A DNA stretch of 64,000 bases from the NCBI GenBank assembly GCA_951406725.2, contig OX597834.1:10478001-10542000 (forward strand). The letters run 5' to 3'. The notes below the pieces were generated by a model that was not told where the DNA came from, did no database searches, and saw nothing but the letters and a program-made list of their open reading frames with translations. Source of the DNA: Octopus vulgaris. Its lineage: Eukaryota. Below are positions 39,988 to 55,452 of the stretch, piece after piece. The stretch's first letter is position 1; each line of letters opens with the position of its first letter. The position numbers and the translations under genes were made by a program.

Positions 39988-40465
39988 ACAGGGTACAGTG
40001 AATAGATAGATTGTCGTCTAAATTACGGGAAAATGAAAATAACATTGACATCTCATTTTAAGAGATATATTTACCAAAATTACATAAAAATATATTTAAT
40101 TACTAAAGAGTGCATTTATTCAATGAAATCGCCATTGGCTTCAATCACGGCCTCCAGGATTCTTCGGAAACTCCTGCAAATCTACTGGGCGGTTTCCTTC
40201 CTTAAGTTGGTGCATGCTGCCATAATCCTTGCCTTCAGTTCATGTTTGGTTTTACAAGAAGTTTTGTTGATCTCTCGCTCAACTGCAACCCCTACATAAT
40301 AATGAAGTGGGCTGCAGTATGGGGAGTTAGGTGGCCAGATTTTAGGGGTGATGTGGTTTCAGAAATTGTCTGACAACCATGACTGGGTTCTCCTGCTTGT
40401 GTGACGTAGTGCAGAGTCCTGTTGACAGACACAGGTTCTTCCAGCAGACACCTTGATCCAATTAA
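39988..40465 (-). mobile_element. Tc1/mariner-superfamily transposase C-terminal fragment plus probable terminus
   Basis: QQDSALRHTSRRTQSWLSDNF*..WPPNSP..LKARI..CRSFRRILEAVIEANGDFIE*; ends at TA|CAGGGT. Confidence 0.8.
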
Positions 40466-40654
40466 AATCACAATTAACTGATGGTCTTATATTTTCTTTA
40501 ACACAAAGGCAGGAACTTTTCCGCACCCCTTGTAGATTAATCAATTCCTAAATGTTTAAATATTTCTAAATATACCTCACACCGAATTATGTAAAGTTTC
40601 TAAAGATTTCTAATCAGTTGAATTCAACGTATGATATCAACATTGATATAAGAA

Positions 40655-40986
40655 TCGTGACACTCGGTCAGTTACGACGACGAGGGTTCCAGTTGATCCG
40701 ATCAATAGAACAACCTGCTCGTGAAATTTAAGTGCCAGTGGCTGAGAACTTCACAGACAAGTGTACACTTAACGTAGTTCTCGGGGAGATTCAGCATTAG
40801 AAAGAGCTAGGCCTTTCAAATACAGATACAAAAGTACCTGTAAAGTTGTGTTGAAAGAGTACTGCAGGATTCGTCACCACACCGTGCCGGAGTCCCGAGG
40901 AACTTTAGGTGTTCCCGTGTAGGGAATCGAAACCGTGATCCTACGACCACGAGTCTGCTGCCCTAACTTCTGGACCATTGCGCCTC
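40655..40986 (-). mobile_element. SINE family C, diverged
   Basis: Reverse complement of family-C head at 40915-40986. Confidence 0.65.
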
Positions 40987-41154
40987 TGTATATATAATAA
41001 TACATGCTGTATGAAAAGATAGAAGTTTTTGATAATTACTCCTGTTCGAATTATCTAATCATCTCCACTGTTGACGCTTTCGATATTTCAAAAACTATAA
41101 CCATTAAATTAAAAGCAGTTAACATTTTTACGATTTACTAGTGTTAGCAACTAT

Positions 41155-41574
41155 TACTCATTTACTCTTTTACTCTTTTATTACTCTTTTACTTGTTTCA
41201 GTCATTTGACTGCGGCCATGCTGGAGCACCACCTTTAATCGAGCAACTCGACCCCGGGACTTATTCTTTTTTTAAGCCCACTACTTGTTCTATCGGTCTC
41301 TTTTGCCGAACCGCTAAGTGACGGGGACATAATCACACCAGCATCGGTTGTCAAGCGATGCTAGGGGGACAAACACAAACATGCACGCACACACATATAT
41401 ATACATATATACGACGGGATTCTTTCAGTTTCCGTCTACCAAATCCACTCACAAGGCTTTGGTCGGCCCGAGGCTATAGTAGAAGACACTTGCCCAAGGT
41501 GCCACGCAGTGGGACTGAACCCGGAACAATGTGGTTGGTAAGCAAGCTACTTACCACACAGCCACTCCTACGCC
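41155..41574 (-). mobile_element. SINE family A, full length
   Basis: High similarity to other full copies. Confidence 0.92.
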
Positions 41575-42213
41575 TATGATACAAAACCCATTCTCAGAAA
41601 GCTAATTCTCGCATAAATAATGTCAGAGCTTTGTAGCACCCAATATCGTTTAAGAACCACATCAAAAAACAGTCGAAATCAATCTCCAGTCCTTCCACCA
41701 ATTAAGAAATATTCGATAATGTAGATCCCAACGAATATTTTGGATATATTTTAGATACATTATGTGTGGGATTAAACGCAATCTTGACTTCCTTGCCACC
41801 TTTTAAATAGAAAATAAACGCTTTAATCTCACACAATCTAGTCCTCATTCACTTTTCACTTAGAGAAATTCCTACCTTAATAGATAAATAGTTCGCAGCT
41901 AATCACACACATTAAACGTTCCTTAAAATATATGGCATACATATAAGGTATAGTTACAGCACAAAATCGAAATTATTAAGTGTTATATTATGTTCTAACG
42001 TTCACTGAGGAAATAACGATTTCGTTTATAACATTTATTCTCCTTCGTTTATCAACAAAAATACTTGCTTCTTTGAAACAACTTCTAACATGATGTGGGA
42101 TACTTCACGCTAAATATCTGAGATCGACTTTCTCAGAAACATTCTAGGCTTTTCTTCCCACGGATAAACCTTACTTGCTTTCCCCTTTACACCATACATC
42201 ATTACACTGTGAT

Positions 42214-42614
<401 letters not shown>

Positions 42615-43140
42615 GTCTGTCTGCCTGACTGTCTGTATATCTATCTATCTATCTACCTGTATGTCTGTCTTCCTATTATATATATATATATTTTTTCACC
42701 CTTATTTTGATTTTAATTATAAATTAATTTGTTCTCAAATCGGCACTAACTATTGCAGTAAATTATTTATGCAGTATTTATTTCCGGGAATTTTGGCGCG
42801 CTCGAACAAGGGCATTCGAACATAACTGCGAACATAAGAGGCCGAACTACTCGTGTTTTTTGACTTCGTGTTAATATCTGATGTGCAGTTCGACAAATTA
42901 TATTTATGACGAATCTCACTGATGATCTGTAGATTTATTGTGTAAGTAAAATTGCATAATTTATTAACAGTGAAACAATTGTCTGGGGTTAATCTATATT
43001 TTTGTTATTTTTCATTTGTCCTGTTCGCTTACGTTCATAGTTGTGCTAATTTTTCTTGAGAACAATTCTTAGTGGTTGAGAACCATTGCGGATCTATTTT
43101 TAGCGTAAGAGCGTCCACATAGTGGATTCTCTCTCATATT

Positions 43141-43182
<42 letters not shown>

Positions 43183-43279
43183 GTGTGTGTGTGTGTGTGT
43201 GTGTGTGCATATATCAATATACATAAATATAAATGTGAGTATGGGTGTGTGTACGTGTGTATGTGTATACATATAGTAC

Positions 43280-43316
<37 letters not shown>

Positions 43317-45666
43317 AAGACGCACATATATCTAGTACATATATAAGCGCAGAAGTGGCTGTGTGGGAAGAAGCTTGTCTCCAAATCACACGGTTCCGGG
43401 TTCAGTCCCACTGCGTGGCACCTTGGTCCAGTGTCTTCTACTGTAGCCTCTGACCGACTAAAGCCTCGTGAATTTAAGGAAAAGTAGAAAAGGGGAGTGA
43501 GTTTTGAACGTTTCAAACATAGCTATTCGTTGGAAAGGAAAACGGATAAGTCCAGAGAAGGGAAAATTCCACGAACAACACATGTGTGATTAGTTCCAAT
43601 ATTATTTGAATTAAGACGAAAACGTTTCCATGTACATGTGTGACTTTGTGGTAAGAAGTTTGCTTCTTAAACGCACGGTCCTGGTTCAGACCCGCTGCGT
43701 CGCATCTTGGAGAAATGTCTCCCGCTTTAACCCTGAGACACTCGAAGCCTGAAGACTGCGTGTTTTAGAAGGATCCTGAAGGAATTTCGTCGTAAATGTG
43801 TGTGTGTGTTTGTGTGTGTGTGTTTGTGCCTTTGTTTTTGTGCCCCGCCACTGCTCCCCAACCGGGGTAGTTCCTGTTTCCATAACTTGTGGCACAGCTT
43901 ATAAAACCGAAAGCAGAAATACTACGCTTAATTTTAAAGAAAGTAGAAAAATAAATTAATATCTGCTGGGCTTGATTTGTTCGAGAAGCAGAATGACAAG
44001 AATATTTGGGAGGAATTTTCTTTACAAACCTCGAGAGATTGTTTATAAAACGTATGTGTATGTGCGTATGTGCCTGTGTAATTATAATCTTTTTTCATTT
44101 CACATTGACCTTCTTATCAACTAGTTTGATGTTAACAAGTGCTGTACTTCAGTCGCTTTAAATGCTACTAGCTTCGTGTTATCATAAACGAAATATTGGT
44201 TAAACCCTTTCAAGCATTGAACATTATTTTAGATTGAATATCTTTCATAAGAGATCCACGCCTAAGAAGTTACTTCTTCGGGTTAATTACTTCTTATTCA
44301 CTAGATTGTTAACCCAGATATTTAATGTTGTATTGATCTTAAAGAAGTTCTATAATATTCTCGTCATTTTCTAAAAGATTAAGGAACGTACCTGTATAAT
44401 GGCAAGACCTTTGATTCTTAGAAATATCTGTTTCTTTCAAACAGTTTTGCGTATTTACTAATTAAATTCAAAGGATTTACTGCGTAACGTTGTTTATGAA
44501 GTGCCTAAATATTTTCATTCATAGTATTCTGTATATCTTATTTAACATGGATCTATTATTGAAAGCCACAAAACTGCAGCATTCGTCTTGAGAAAGCTTC
44601 CCATATTGACGTATGACGTATGGTACTAAAATGCACAAAATTCTATCAGTAGATAATGAGAGACCTCCAGCAAAATTTACAACAAATTTTATATGTGGAA
44701 GCTTTTAGGGTTTGACATGATATAATACTTGTCTAGAATAATAATGCTACGATCGACTAACGTGGAAGAAATTTGTATATAAGATCTATTTCTTGCATAA
44801 GGGTGTCCACATAGTGGTTTCCCTCTAATATGTATATATACATACATACATATATATATATATGATTGATTGATTGATTGATTGATTCTAGTTTCAGCTT
44901 ATGAGCTGTGGCCATATTTTATTCATAATATTGGTTTCAATATTTTATTCATAATATTGGTTTCAAATTTTTGTTCAAGTCTGCAATTTCCCGTAGAGGT
45001 GGCAAGTCGATTAGATCGACCCCTGCTCTTTACTGATCCTTATTTTATTGACACTGATATAATGAAATCCAAAGAGGACCACCGACGGAATTTGAACACA
45101 AAACGTAAGGGAATGTCAAGTAGAAGTCAATATATTGGTTTGAAATCACGTCACACGTTCAGCAACTTTGTGGTAGTAGTGGTGGTGGGGGAGTGGATTA
45201 CACCAACCTCAATGCACAACATTCACTTGTTTTATCGAATCCGATCGGATGTAAGGCAAAGTCAACCTTTGCGGAATTTAATCTAAGCATGTAATGACGG
45301 ACGAAATGCCACTAAGAGTTTTCGGCAGAGTGTTAACGATTCTGCCATTCCACCGCCTCATGTAGCCATTACATTAATAAGGCTATATTATACCGTTGTC
45401 TTGACAGAATTGATTGGGAAACCGATAACTGATCTTGCAGTGTATATTTGTGTTTCCAAGTTGAAAACCTGCGTATTGATACAATAAAAAAACTAAGGAG
45501 CTGTGTCGAACTTAATTCCTTCTTCTTTACATATACTGACCCAAATCGTGAGTTCCAATGCGTCAAGGCTTGAATATATATATTCAAAAATATATTCATG
45601 TACGTATGTATATATTTGTATATAAGAACAGTAACATATGTGTATGTATGTATGTATGTATGTATG

Positions 45667-45709
<43 letters not shown>

Positions 45710-45761
45710 TACACACATACATATAACATATATTAATATATGTAATACACAAACAAAAAAC

Positions 45762-45809
<48 letters not shown>

Positions 45810-45929
45810 TACACATACATATAACATATATTAATATATGTAATACACAAACAAAAAACATATATATATACATATATATATATATACTACACATACATAT
45901 AACATATTACTATATGTATTAAACAAACA

Positions 45930-45968
<39 letters not shown>

Positions 45969-46663
45969 CATACATAGATTCCTACCTACCTAACTACCTT
46001 CCTATATACATATATACATATATATGTATGGTTCCAACAACAGAAAAATATGGATCAATCCATTAGACATATTTGTCGAGCAGCAGCTCATATTTATGGA
46101 CAACAAAGCCGTAATAGACATATTTATTGTCGATCTGTAACCTAAGGTCAAAACTTATCGAGAAACGTCAAGATCAAAGCCATTCCAGCCGTTACGATCC
46201 AGAATTTCTTTCCATACATTACGTAACGCAAACCGCATCAATGACTGTTTCGTTTGTTACATTAAAAATATTATACTGCAATTTCGGGCGGTTTAGCTGA
46301 AAGAGCAATGCAATATATTTTAGGTACATATCGCAGAACATCGGTGGGACTAACATATTTATATACAAGAGATGTTTTCTTACGAATATCTTGACTCGCT
46401 TTCTTGTTCAGTTAAGATCTGATTCTCATTTCTACGTCAAACAATAATGTTTGTGTTGATGGTGTACAACGTCGGAAGCGATGTCCATCAAATGTATTGC
46501 TTTCTTTGTTTTACGTTTCTACAAAATATATTGTATAATCCCATTTGCATCTTCTGTTCCTATGATAATCGCCTGAGATTTCAGGAAGACATGGTCATCA
46601 TAACCTGAAGGTTTATGAATTGTGTTGAGGGCCCCTCATGTATTATTCCGGAATAGGAAAAGG

Positions 46664-46714
<51 letters not shown>

Positions 46715-46834
46715 CGTGCGTGCTTGTATGTGTAAAGAAAAAAAGTGAAATACGTATATATATATATATATATATGTTGCAAAAATATGCATTGCATTGC
46801 ATCTAAGCTATTTGTAATGTATGTTTATACATAT

Positions 46835-47003
46835 ATTTTTTTCTCTCATTTTTTTTTCTCTCCTTGTTTTTTCTGTGTCCCTTTCTGTAGAAGAGCGTAG
46901 GTTCGAAACGTAAAATACATTTTCTATTCCTGAGCGTTATACTAACACATCTGTTTGTTTTGTACACCACTTGTCTTCGTCTTTTGTCTTCTTCATAAGC
47001 TCT

Positions 47004-47006
<3 letters not shown>
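46835..47006 (+). mobile_element. pLTR-like module family H1
   Basis: cttt CTGTAGA A GAGC-gtag-GTTC GAAAC GTA aaat at 46881-46916; 3' end joins (TA)n. Confidence 0.6.
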
Positions 47007-47079
<73 letters not shown>

Positions 47080-47118
47080 GCGCGCGTGTGTGTGTGTGCG
47101 TGCATATTATATGTATAT

Positions 47119-47625
47119 GATATCCTTAAAGCTTTGCGATCAGGTTCGCAATTTGATGTCATATATCTTGACTTCATTAAAGCGTTCGACAGAGTTGACC
47201 ATAATATTCTACTGTCAAAAATTGTCAAATGCTGGGGTCCGTGGAAAACTACTACACTGGATTGAGTATTTCCAGGAAAACAGATCCGTAGAATCCTTTC
47301 AACCCCAGCGAAAGTTGCCGGTGTCGTCCCTCAGGAGAATGTCAAGTCCCAGAAACATTTTTTTTTCAACAGAACCTGCCCGAAACAGATCAAGGAAGAA
47401 AAGGATCTCATCCCCTTTAAATGGAATCTGGACAAATTTCTTCAAGGTGTACCAAATAAGCAATTCATACCTGGACACAACTCACTCAACAAAAACTCTC
47501 TACTCGAATGGACCATGATACACTAAAACTTGACTTAAAATGGATTTAACTAATCCTATCAGGTGGGTGCAATAAAGTTAGACATGGTCTGGACCAGTCT
47601 TTGGTCCAAAAAGGTTTAAGTTATC
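47119..47625 (+). mobile_element. Internally deleted CR1-group LINE
   Basis: DVIYLDFIKAFDRVDHNILLSK..GVRGKLLHWIEYF (RT motif) fused to C-terminal FKWNLDKFLQGVP..NKNSLLEW. Confidence 0.8.
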
Positions 47626-47729
47626 TAAGTTATATGTACATACATCAGATGATGTATGTACATGCATACATCATATATACATATAATACACACACACATA
47701 TATATATATATATATTATATACACATACA

Positions 47730-48003
47730 CGGAAACTGAAAGAAGCCCGTTTTATATATCTATGTATATATATATATATATGTGTGTATGTGTTTGTGTG
47801 TCTGTATTTGTCCCCCCAACATCACTTGACAACCGATGCTGGTGTGTTTACATGACCGTAACTTAGCGGTTCGGCAAAAGAGACCGATAGATTAAGTACT
47901 AGGCTTACAAAGAATAAGTCCTGGGGTCGATTTGCTCGACTAAAGGCGGTGCTCCAGCATGACCACAGTCAAATGACTGAAACAAGTAAAAGAGTAAAAG
48001 GGT
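47730..48003 (+). mobile_element. SINE family A, 5'-truncated
   Basis: Match to family A. Confidence 0.88.
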
Positions 48004-48774
48004 ATGTATATATACATCTATCATCCATCTATCTCGCTATCATAACAAACAAGGGAAACAAAATTGAATTCACGAGATTTTGAGAAACTACTGCGGAATT
48101 ACTGAGGTAGATCCAGTGGCATTTATATCAGCACTGTGAAAGACTTCAGGTAGCCATGGCAAGCTCATCCACGCGCCCAGACTATCAGACGCATGATAAT
48201 CCGGATATAGTTATATTAAACAGATGCCTGAATATTCACAAGTGTCGGCAGAGAAACTACAATTATAACCAAGAAGATTGGATTGAAGACGTCTTTTTTT
48301 ATTTCATTGATTTACAAATGTTTCGTCAAAAATCGATCGCTTGCGCATTGCTATAGTATACAATATGCAACCATTGATACATGAGGTGCCATATATATAA
48401 AAATTAGAAATCAATTCCTGAGAATCATCCAAGAAATTTATGCCCCGTGTCACTTGAATTAACGGTAGCACAACTCAATACAGGTATAAAGTATCGGTAA
48501 CTGAAGTCTCCACAGTGGATAAACTTTCGTGCATGGTTCTGAAGAATCGATGTTCGATTTTGTGTTTATAACACCTCAGGTATCGATGGCTGCATGTTGC
48601 ATAATATAGGAATGCTCACGCGATCGATTTTCAATGAAACAAAATAAGTTTCCTCACTCCATTTTCCTTGTTTCTTACACACACAACCACATAATGCATA
48701 CATACAATCACACGCATACATACATGCATGCACCTCTCTTTTTTCTCTCTCTGTCTCTCTCTCTATATATATAT

Positions 48775-48808
<34 letters not shown>

Positions 48809-48829
48809 TCACATAAATATATATATACG

Positions 48830-48870
<41 letters not shown>

Positions 48871-48887
48871 CTTCATATATATATATA

Positions 48888-48955
<68 letters not shown>

Positions 48956-49088
48956 GTGTAGGAAGACACGTATTTTAGGCCCCATGGTCGTAACCTCAAC
49001 CGTGTTTTTTCCGTTGTGATTTTTGCTACCCAGGTGTCGGTTATCATTTGAATAATTCGTAATAAGATAATTCATTTATCTACTTCAA

Positions 49089-49139
<51 letters not shown>

Positions 49140-49505
49140 TATATATACATACATATTTATATATATAAATATGTATGTATATACATATATATATATATGT
49201 GTGCGTTTGTATGTATGTATATCTATCTATTTATTTATTCATCTATCTTTTTCATACCTCGTTATGCGGGCAGCTTTAGCACATGTCTTTTGCTTGATGG
49301 TTTCTATGGTGGCATCAATGTCAAGTATGGCTTCCATATTATATTTTGTCTTTAATTTTCGGGTTTTTGTAGGTTTGACTACCCATCATTGTATTGTTTG
49401 TCTTGTACTCTGTTTATCTGTTGTTAAAAAAAGTCCGTTTCCATGGTTGTTTTTATGTTTTCGTTTCTCGTTGAGTTCTACGTCTATTTGTTATGTCCTG
49501 TACTC

Positions 49506-49569
<64 letters not shown>

Positions 49570-50094
49570 GTAGATGTAGGTACGTACATATATGTATGTA
49601 TGCATATATTTTATTTATTAAATTATTGTAAGACTGAGCGCCCTCGCGTCGTTTCGTTTCTTTTCTTTTCTCCAAGTAAATTTTTATATATAATTATGAC
49701 GCGAAACTCTGTAACCCTTTGCTTGACCTTCCTTTTCTTCTTGTCTGTCTTCCTCCTTGCCTGTCTCTCTCCTTCTTATTTTTCACCCTTTCTGGTTTCC
49801 TTTCCTCTCTATCTCTCTCTCTCTCACTCCTCCTCATCTCTCTCACTGCTGAGTCGACCAACTTCCTTTCGCTGGCGGCCTTCTACAAGTCAACATGACT
49901 TTTTTCTTGCGCTCTGAATTCTTCCCTCTTCTAGGCTTAAAAAAGGCCGTCAATGTTGGTTTCTTTGTCCTGTTTTTATTCTTTATGTGTACTGTATTTT
50001 TTGTATTTGTATTTTTATTTTGTATTCGTATTTGTATTTGTATTGTTTTTACGTCCTGTTCTTGTCAAATTTTTTCTTTCCTTGTTTTTACCCC

Positions 50095-50334
50095 TCTGCA
50101 AAGGCATTTTATTTAATTCTTTTGCAGGAAGTACTAGTTCGATGGGTTGTGTTCTGTCCTTACCTTCGAAACACGCATGGAGTCGAACCAGGGACAGCTG
50201 ATGAAGGGGAATATTCCTTGTATTGTTTGTCTTGTACTCTGTTTTTCCGTTGTTAAAAAAAGTCCGTTTCCATGGTTGTTTTTATGTTTTCGTTTCTCGT
50301 TGAGTTTTACGTCTATTTGTGGTGTCCTGTACTC

Positions 50335-50399
<65 letters not shown>

Positions 50400-50430
50400 T
50401 GTATATATACATGTAGATGAAGGTACGTAC

Positions 50431-50463
<33 letters not shown>

Positions 50464-50490
50464 TGTATGTATGCATATATTTTATTTATG
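50095..50490 (+). mobile_element. Dispersed repeat family E
   Basis: 3' part duplicated at 49385-49625; inverse copies at 8330-8650 and 54270-54475. Confidence 0.65.
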
Positions 50491-50560
50491 TGACCTTGTG
50501 AGTACCGCTGGCGATTCTTTTTCCTCTGTCTTCCCTTCTCGGGATCTTTCCTTCTCCTAT

Positions 50561-50595
50561 GTTTCCGACGAAGAGCTCCGCTCGAAACGTTAAAC
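50561..50595 (+). ncRNA. Minimal type-I hammerhead-like motif in module 50490-50708
   Basis: gttt CCGACGA A GAGC-tcc-GCTC GAAAC GTT aaac; palindrome AACGTT; relatives at 30435-30468 (decayed) and 11985-12080 (3' part only). Confidence 0.6.
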
Positions 50596-50704
50596 CCTCC
50601 TTCTTCCCTTCTTTCCTGAGCGTCCAATAATACTTTATTTGTTCCACGTCCTCGCGTTGTTGTGTTTTTTTTGTTTTTTTGTGTTTTCTTGTTTGGATTA
50701 ACTT

Positions 50705-50763
<59 letters not shown>

Positions 50764-50843
50764 ATGTATGTATGTGCATATATATATATATATGTGTATA
50801 TATATGTATATATGTGCATATATATGTATGTATGTATATATAC

Positions 50844-50878
<35 letters not shown>

Positions 50879-51442
50879 TATATTTAATTATAAATATATG
50901 TATATATACATATAAATATATGTATGAATATACAATAAATATACATATATTTATAAAAATTATATGCGCATATATATATATATGCATATTTCTATATCTA
51001 TATATATATATATACATAACACGCACACACGCATATGCGTTTGAGAGATGTATATGTATATTCGTACGTCTATGTATGTGTGTGTACGCGTGGATGAGTG
51101 AGCCTGTGTGTTTATCTGCATGCATATATAAATATACATACATGTATATAAGCTGTATGTATATCTGTGTGGTTGTGTGCTGAAATAATTTTCATGAATT
51201 CTAAGTGACTTTTCAGGTTAAGATAATACACTCATACCTAAATGTTCGTTCCTATCAGAGAGAAATATATAGAGAGAATTATGAGTTCTTTTGCATAGAA
51301 CTCACATACATATATGGACCCATCAACCGATACACTTCCCACCTAATACGCATGGTACGCCCACTTTTTCTCTTCCCACATACACAAAGTTATCAACAGT
51401 ACTTAATGAAGTGTTGGAGTAAAAATAGCAGCATTAGCAATG

Positions 51443-51720
51443 AGGCGCAATGGTCTAGTGTTTAGGACAGCGGACTCGGGGTCGGAGGACCTCGGTTTCG
51501 ATTCCCAGACAGGGCGTTGTGTGTGTTTTTTGAGCGAAAGCACGTAAAGCTCCACGAGGCTCCGGCAGGGGGTGATGACGACCCCTGTTGTACTCTTTCG
51601 CCCCAACTTTCTTTCACTCTTATACCCGTGTCTGTGAATCGATTAACCACTTGCCTGTAAATTTCATGAGCAGGCGGTTTCGCTGATCGGATAAACCGGA
51701 ATACTAGTTGTCACAGCCTA
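51443..51720 (+). mobile_element. SINE family C
   Basis: tRNA-like head as at 17713. Confidence 0.75.
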
Positions 51721-51851
51721 ACTCTAGCCCTAATCCTTTCCCTATGGCTAATCGATTCACAGACACAGGTATCATTCATATCATTCTCAGAGAGATTCGG
51801 TGTTTGGGACAATCCCTTCTAGGTTCTTCCAGATATATATTCCAGTATATA

Positions 51852-52072
51852 TTTCTTTACTGCCCACAAGGTGCTAAACACAGAGGGGACAAACAAGGAC
51901 AGACAAACGGATTAAGTCGATTACATCGACCCCAGTGCGAAACAGGTACTTTATTTATCGACCTCGAAAGGATGAAAGGCAAAGTCGACCTCGGTGGAAT
52001 TTGAACTCAGAACGTAACGACAGACGAAATACCGCGAAGCATTTCGCCCGGCGTGCTAACGTTTCTGCCAGT
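51852..52072 (-). mobile_element. SINE family B
   Basis: Close match; ccagtata flanks both ends. Confidence 0.9.
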
Positions 52073-53171
52073 ATAACTTACCAACCATCGTTCCGGGATG
52101 CAAACTCTTAGTTCGGAATGCAGGTTAGTAATCTTCTGGTACTGGATATAAAATAGAATAACTGTCGGACTGATGATGTCTATTGAGGCGGACTCAAGCG
52201 TCCACGGTATCCTCTTGCCTCAACACAATTTTCTTGCCAGTTTTCGTAATTCTCTGGTGAAATTTGGAGAACCCATGATTGTTGAAACTATCTTCCCTGC
52301 TGATCGGAAAGATTGTCCCAATTGCTATCTTATGACACATATTCTCGTAGCCGATATAATTCAAATAAGTCAAGAATATACGCTGTATAGTATGAGATTT
52401 AACAGTATATTTCATACTAAGTTACTTCTAGACAAATATGTATATTTCTGTTTATGTGTGTGTATATATGTAGTATACACAAATTTATAGTTTACATATC
52501 ACACATACACAAACAAATACAAACGCACACAAGCACACACATACATATATGTAAACACATATATGCATATATGATCGAGTGTTTCTCTGTGTATGTATAT
52601 GTACGTTAGTATGTGTGTGGGTCTGTAGGTGGATTTTCATTTTCCTTGCTGGAAAACGAAGAGCTGAGGAGTTTACTGCTTATATCTACATCACAACTAT
52701 TTTCCACTTATAGTTAGCGATTTAATCACTTTTATTGCCATGTCTATGTTTAGCGATTTCCTTAGAAAAATAATTTCAACATTCACTAAGAGATAAATGC
52801 CCTCACGGTTCTTATTCATCGTAGAACTTTCTAAAAGAATAACGGGTTGTAATTTTCCAGTTTAGTGATGACACTATGGTAACATTCCACAAAACGCTTT
52901 CATTGCTTCAGATTATCTCTTCCAAAAATAGAGAAATTGAGAGAGATAATGAGTTAGGAGTAAAGTGAACAAGATTTGATGGTGTGATGCTAAAGTGGGA
53001 GGGAAGAAAAAGCGATGGGTAGAAGGTAGGTAAGGATATATATTTGTGTTTAAATTAGTGTTCAACTTGATAAATATAATGTCTGACACGGTTTCATCGA
53101 GGCTCATAAACATTTATTGTCGACCTGAAGACGTCCATTCGTTAAAATCTTTGTCTAGCTGTCAATCGTCA

Positions 53172-53297
<126 letters not shown>

Positions 53298-53317
53298 GCT
53301 AGCTAGCTAGCTAGCTA

Positions 53318-53362
<45 letters not shown>

Positions 53363-53557
53363 GTCTGTCTATCTATCTATATCTTTCTCTCTGTTTATCC
53401 ACCCATTTGCCACTCTTTTTGTATTTTTCTGCCTATTGATGTATATACGTGTGTATGCGTGTGTATGTGTGTACCTTTTTGCATATTCAGGCCTTCATAT
53501 ATACAAGCATATATGTATATAAATGCTTATTTACGCATGAATATGTATATATCTACC

Positions 53558-53588
<31 letters not shown>

Positions 53589-53640
53589 GTATGTAGGTAG
53601 GTATGTATTTGCATGCGCGCGCGAACACACACACACACAC

Positions 53641-53694
<54 letters not shown>

Positions 53695-53697
<3 letters not shown>

Positions 53698-53922
53698 TTG
53701 CTGGTAGAAACGTTAGCACGCCGGGCGAAATTCGTAGCCGTATTCCGTCTGTCGTTACGTTCCGAGTTCAAATTCCGCCGAGGTCGACTTTGCCTTTCAT
53801 CCTTTCGGGGTCGATAAATTAAGTACCAGTTACGCACTGGGGTCGATGTAGTCGACTTAATCCCTTTGTCTGTCCTTGTTTGTCCCCTCTGTGTTTAGCC
53901 CCTTGTGGGTAGTAAAGAAATA
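53695..53922 (+). mobile_element. SINE family B
   Basis: Close match. Confidence 0.9.
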
Positions 53923-54603
53923 CATATATATATATATGTTGGCTGCGGAGATGGGACCAACGCGAAATAAAGTGTCTAACTCAAGGAAACAACGTGTCGC
54001 CAAGAAATGAATTCACTACCTGACGACCGTGAACCGAATAACCCTCCTGACTAAGCCACGCACTTTCGCAACTTGCATAGTATGAAGATAATAGAATGGA
54101 AGTGATTAAAGTCAATAAAGAAACTTCATATCCGTGTAAATCTTACCTACTTTAAGTTTCAATTAGTAAAAATATCATTCAACAAATATTGCGACAGTAT
54201 CAATTGCTGTTTATAAGAAGTGTTATATATACATATGCATATATATATATGCATATACATATATATATATATATATAGGTGATAAAATAAAAATATATGC
54301 ATACATACAAACATATATGTACGTACCTACATCTACATGTATATATACATGCATATATAAATAATTGTACGTGAGTACAGGACATCACAATAAGACGTAG
54401 AAACGGAAAAAACCAAAAAACAAAAAAAAAAACAAGAAAACGAAAAACAATTACAGGACGAGCTACACAAGGACAATATATATATACATATAAATATATA
54501 CATATATATATATATATATATTATATATTTAGTTGAATATATGTATCTCCATCTCTACCTGGCTTACACTCTCTCCCTCCTACACATACATAATGCATAC
54601 ATA

Positions 54604-54742
<139 letters not shown>

Positions 54743-54828
54743 TATACATTACGATGAAAACCTGCGGGCTCTTTCATGTTAATATACTTACGTTATTACC
54801 CCTGAAAAAGTACAGAACAAGATTTCTA

Positions 54829-55081
54829 CAGTAGAATTTTCCTAATTAGTTTTATCATTTTTGGAAAAATAATTATCTAAGGAAAATTAATTAAGTCTGT
54901 ATTTAAGCCCATGGGCCTAATTTTGGAAAAAAGGTAATATTTTGAAAATGAAATAACATAGGATTAATTTTTAAAAAATACAATACAATTTGCCTAAGCA
55001 ATCATCTCTAGGAGAAAATTGAACGTGATGAGTTAGGTTAAGTAACGAAATAGTCAAAATCGTATTAGACTAATTCTACTG
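54829..55081. mobile_element. pogo/Tigger-type MITE
   Basis: TA|cagtagaattttcctaat ... attagactaattctactg|TA (15/18 TIR match, TA duplication). Confidence 0.7.
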
Positions 55082-55124
55082 TATTATAAATAATAAAAAA
55101 ATGTAATAACTATGCTATTTTTAA

Positions 55125-55452
55125 AGCGACGCCCGGTCCAGGAATCGAAACCACAATTTTACGATGATGATACTGACACCCTAACCACTAAACCACGCGC
55201 CTCCACAAATAAATGCGCCCTTTTAAAGCCTAGCCAAGCTCATGGGCCCGGTTCCCCGCTTTCTATGGCGTATGTGTTTCTCACCTGGACGGGACGCCAG
55301 TCCATCGCAGCGTTAGCCATTTTTTGCCAGCTGAGTGGACTGAAGCAACGTGAAACGAAGTGTTTTGCTCAAGAACACAACGCGTCGCCCGGTCCAGGAA
55401 TCGAAACCACAATCTTACGATCTTGATGCTGACACCCTAACCACTAAGCCAC
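55125..55452 (-). mobile_element. SINE family D plus a second head copy
   Basis: tcgcccggtccaggaatcgaaaccacaat occurs twice (about 55129 and 55385); core gtgttcttgagcaa shared with 25971. Confidence 0.8.

Noticed and set aside
49171-51143. 248-aa and 276-aa hydrophobic ORFs
   Set aside because: Run through family-E/H repeats and TA microsatellites; no domain signal
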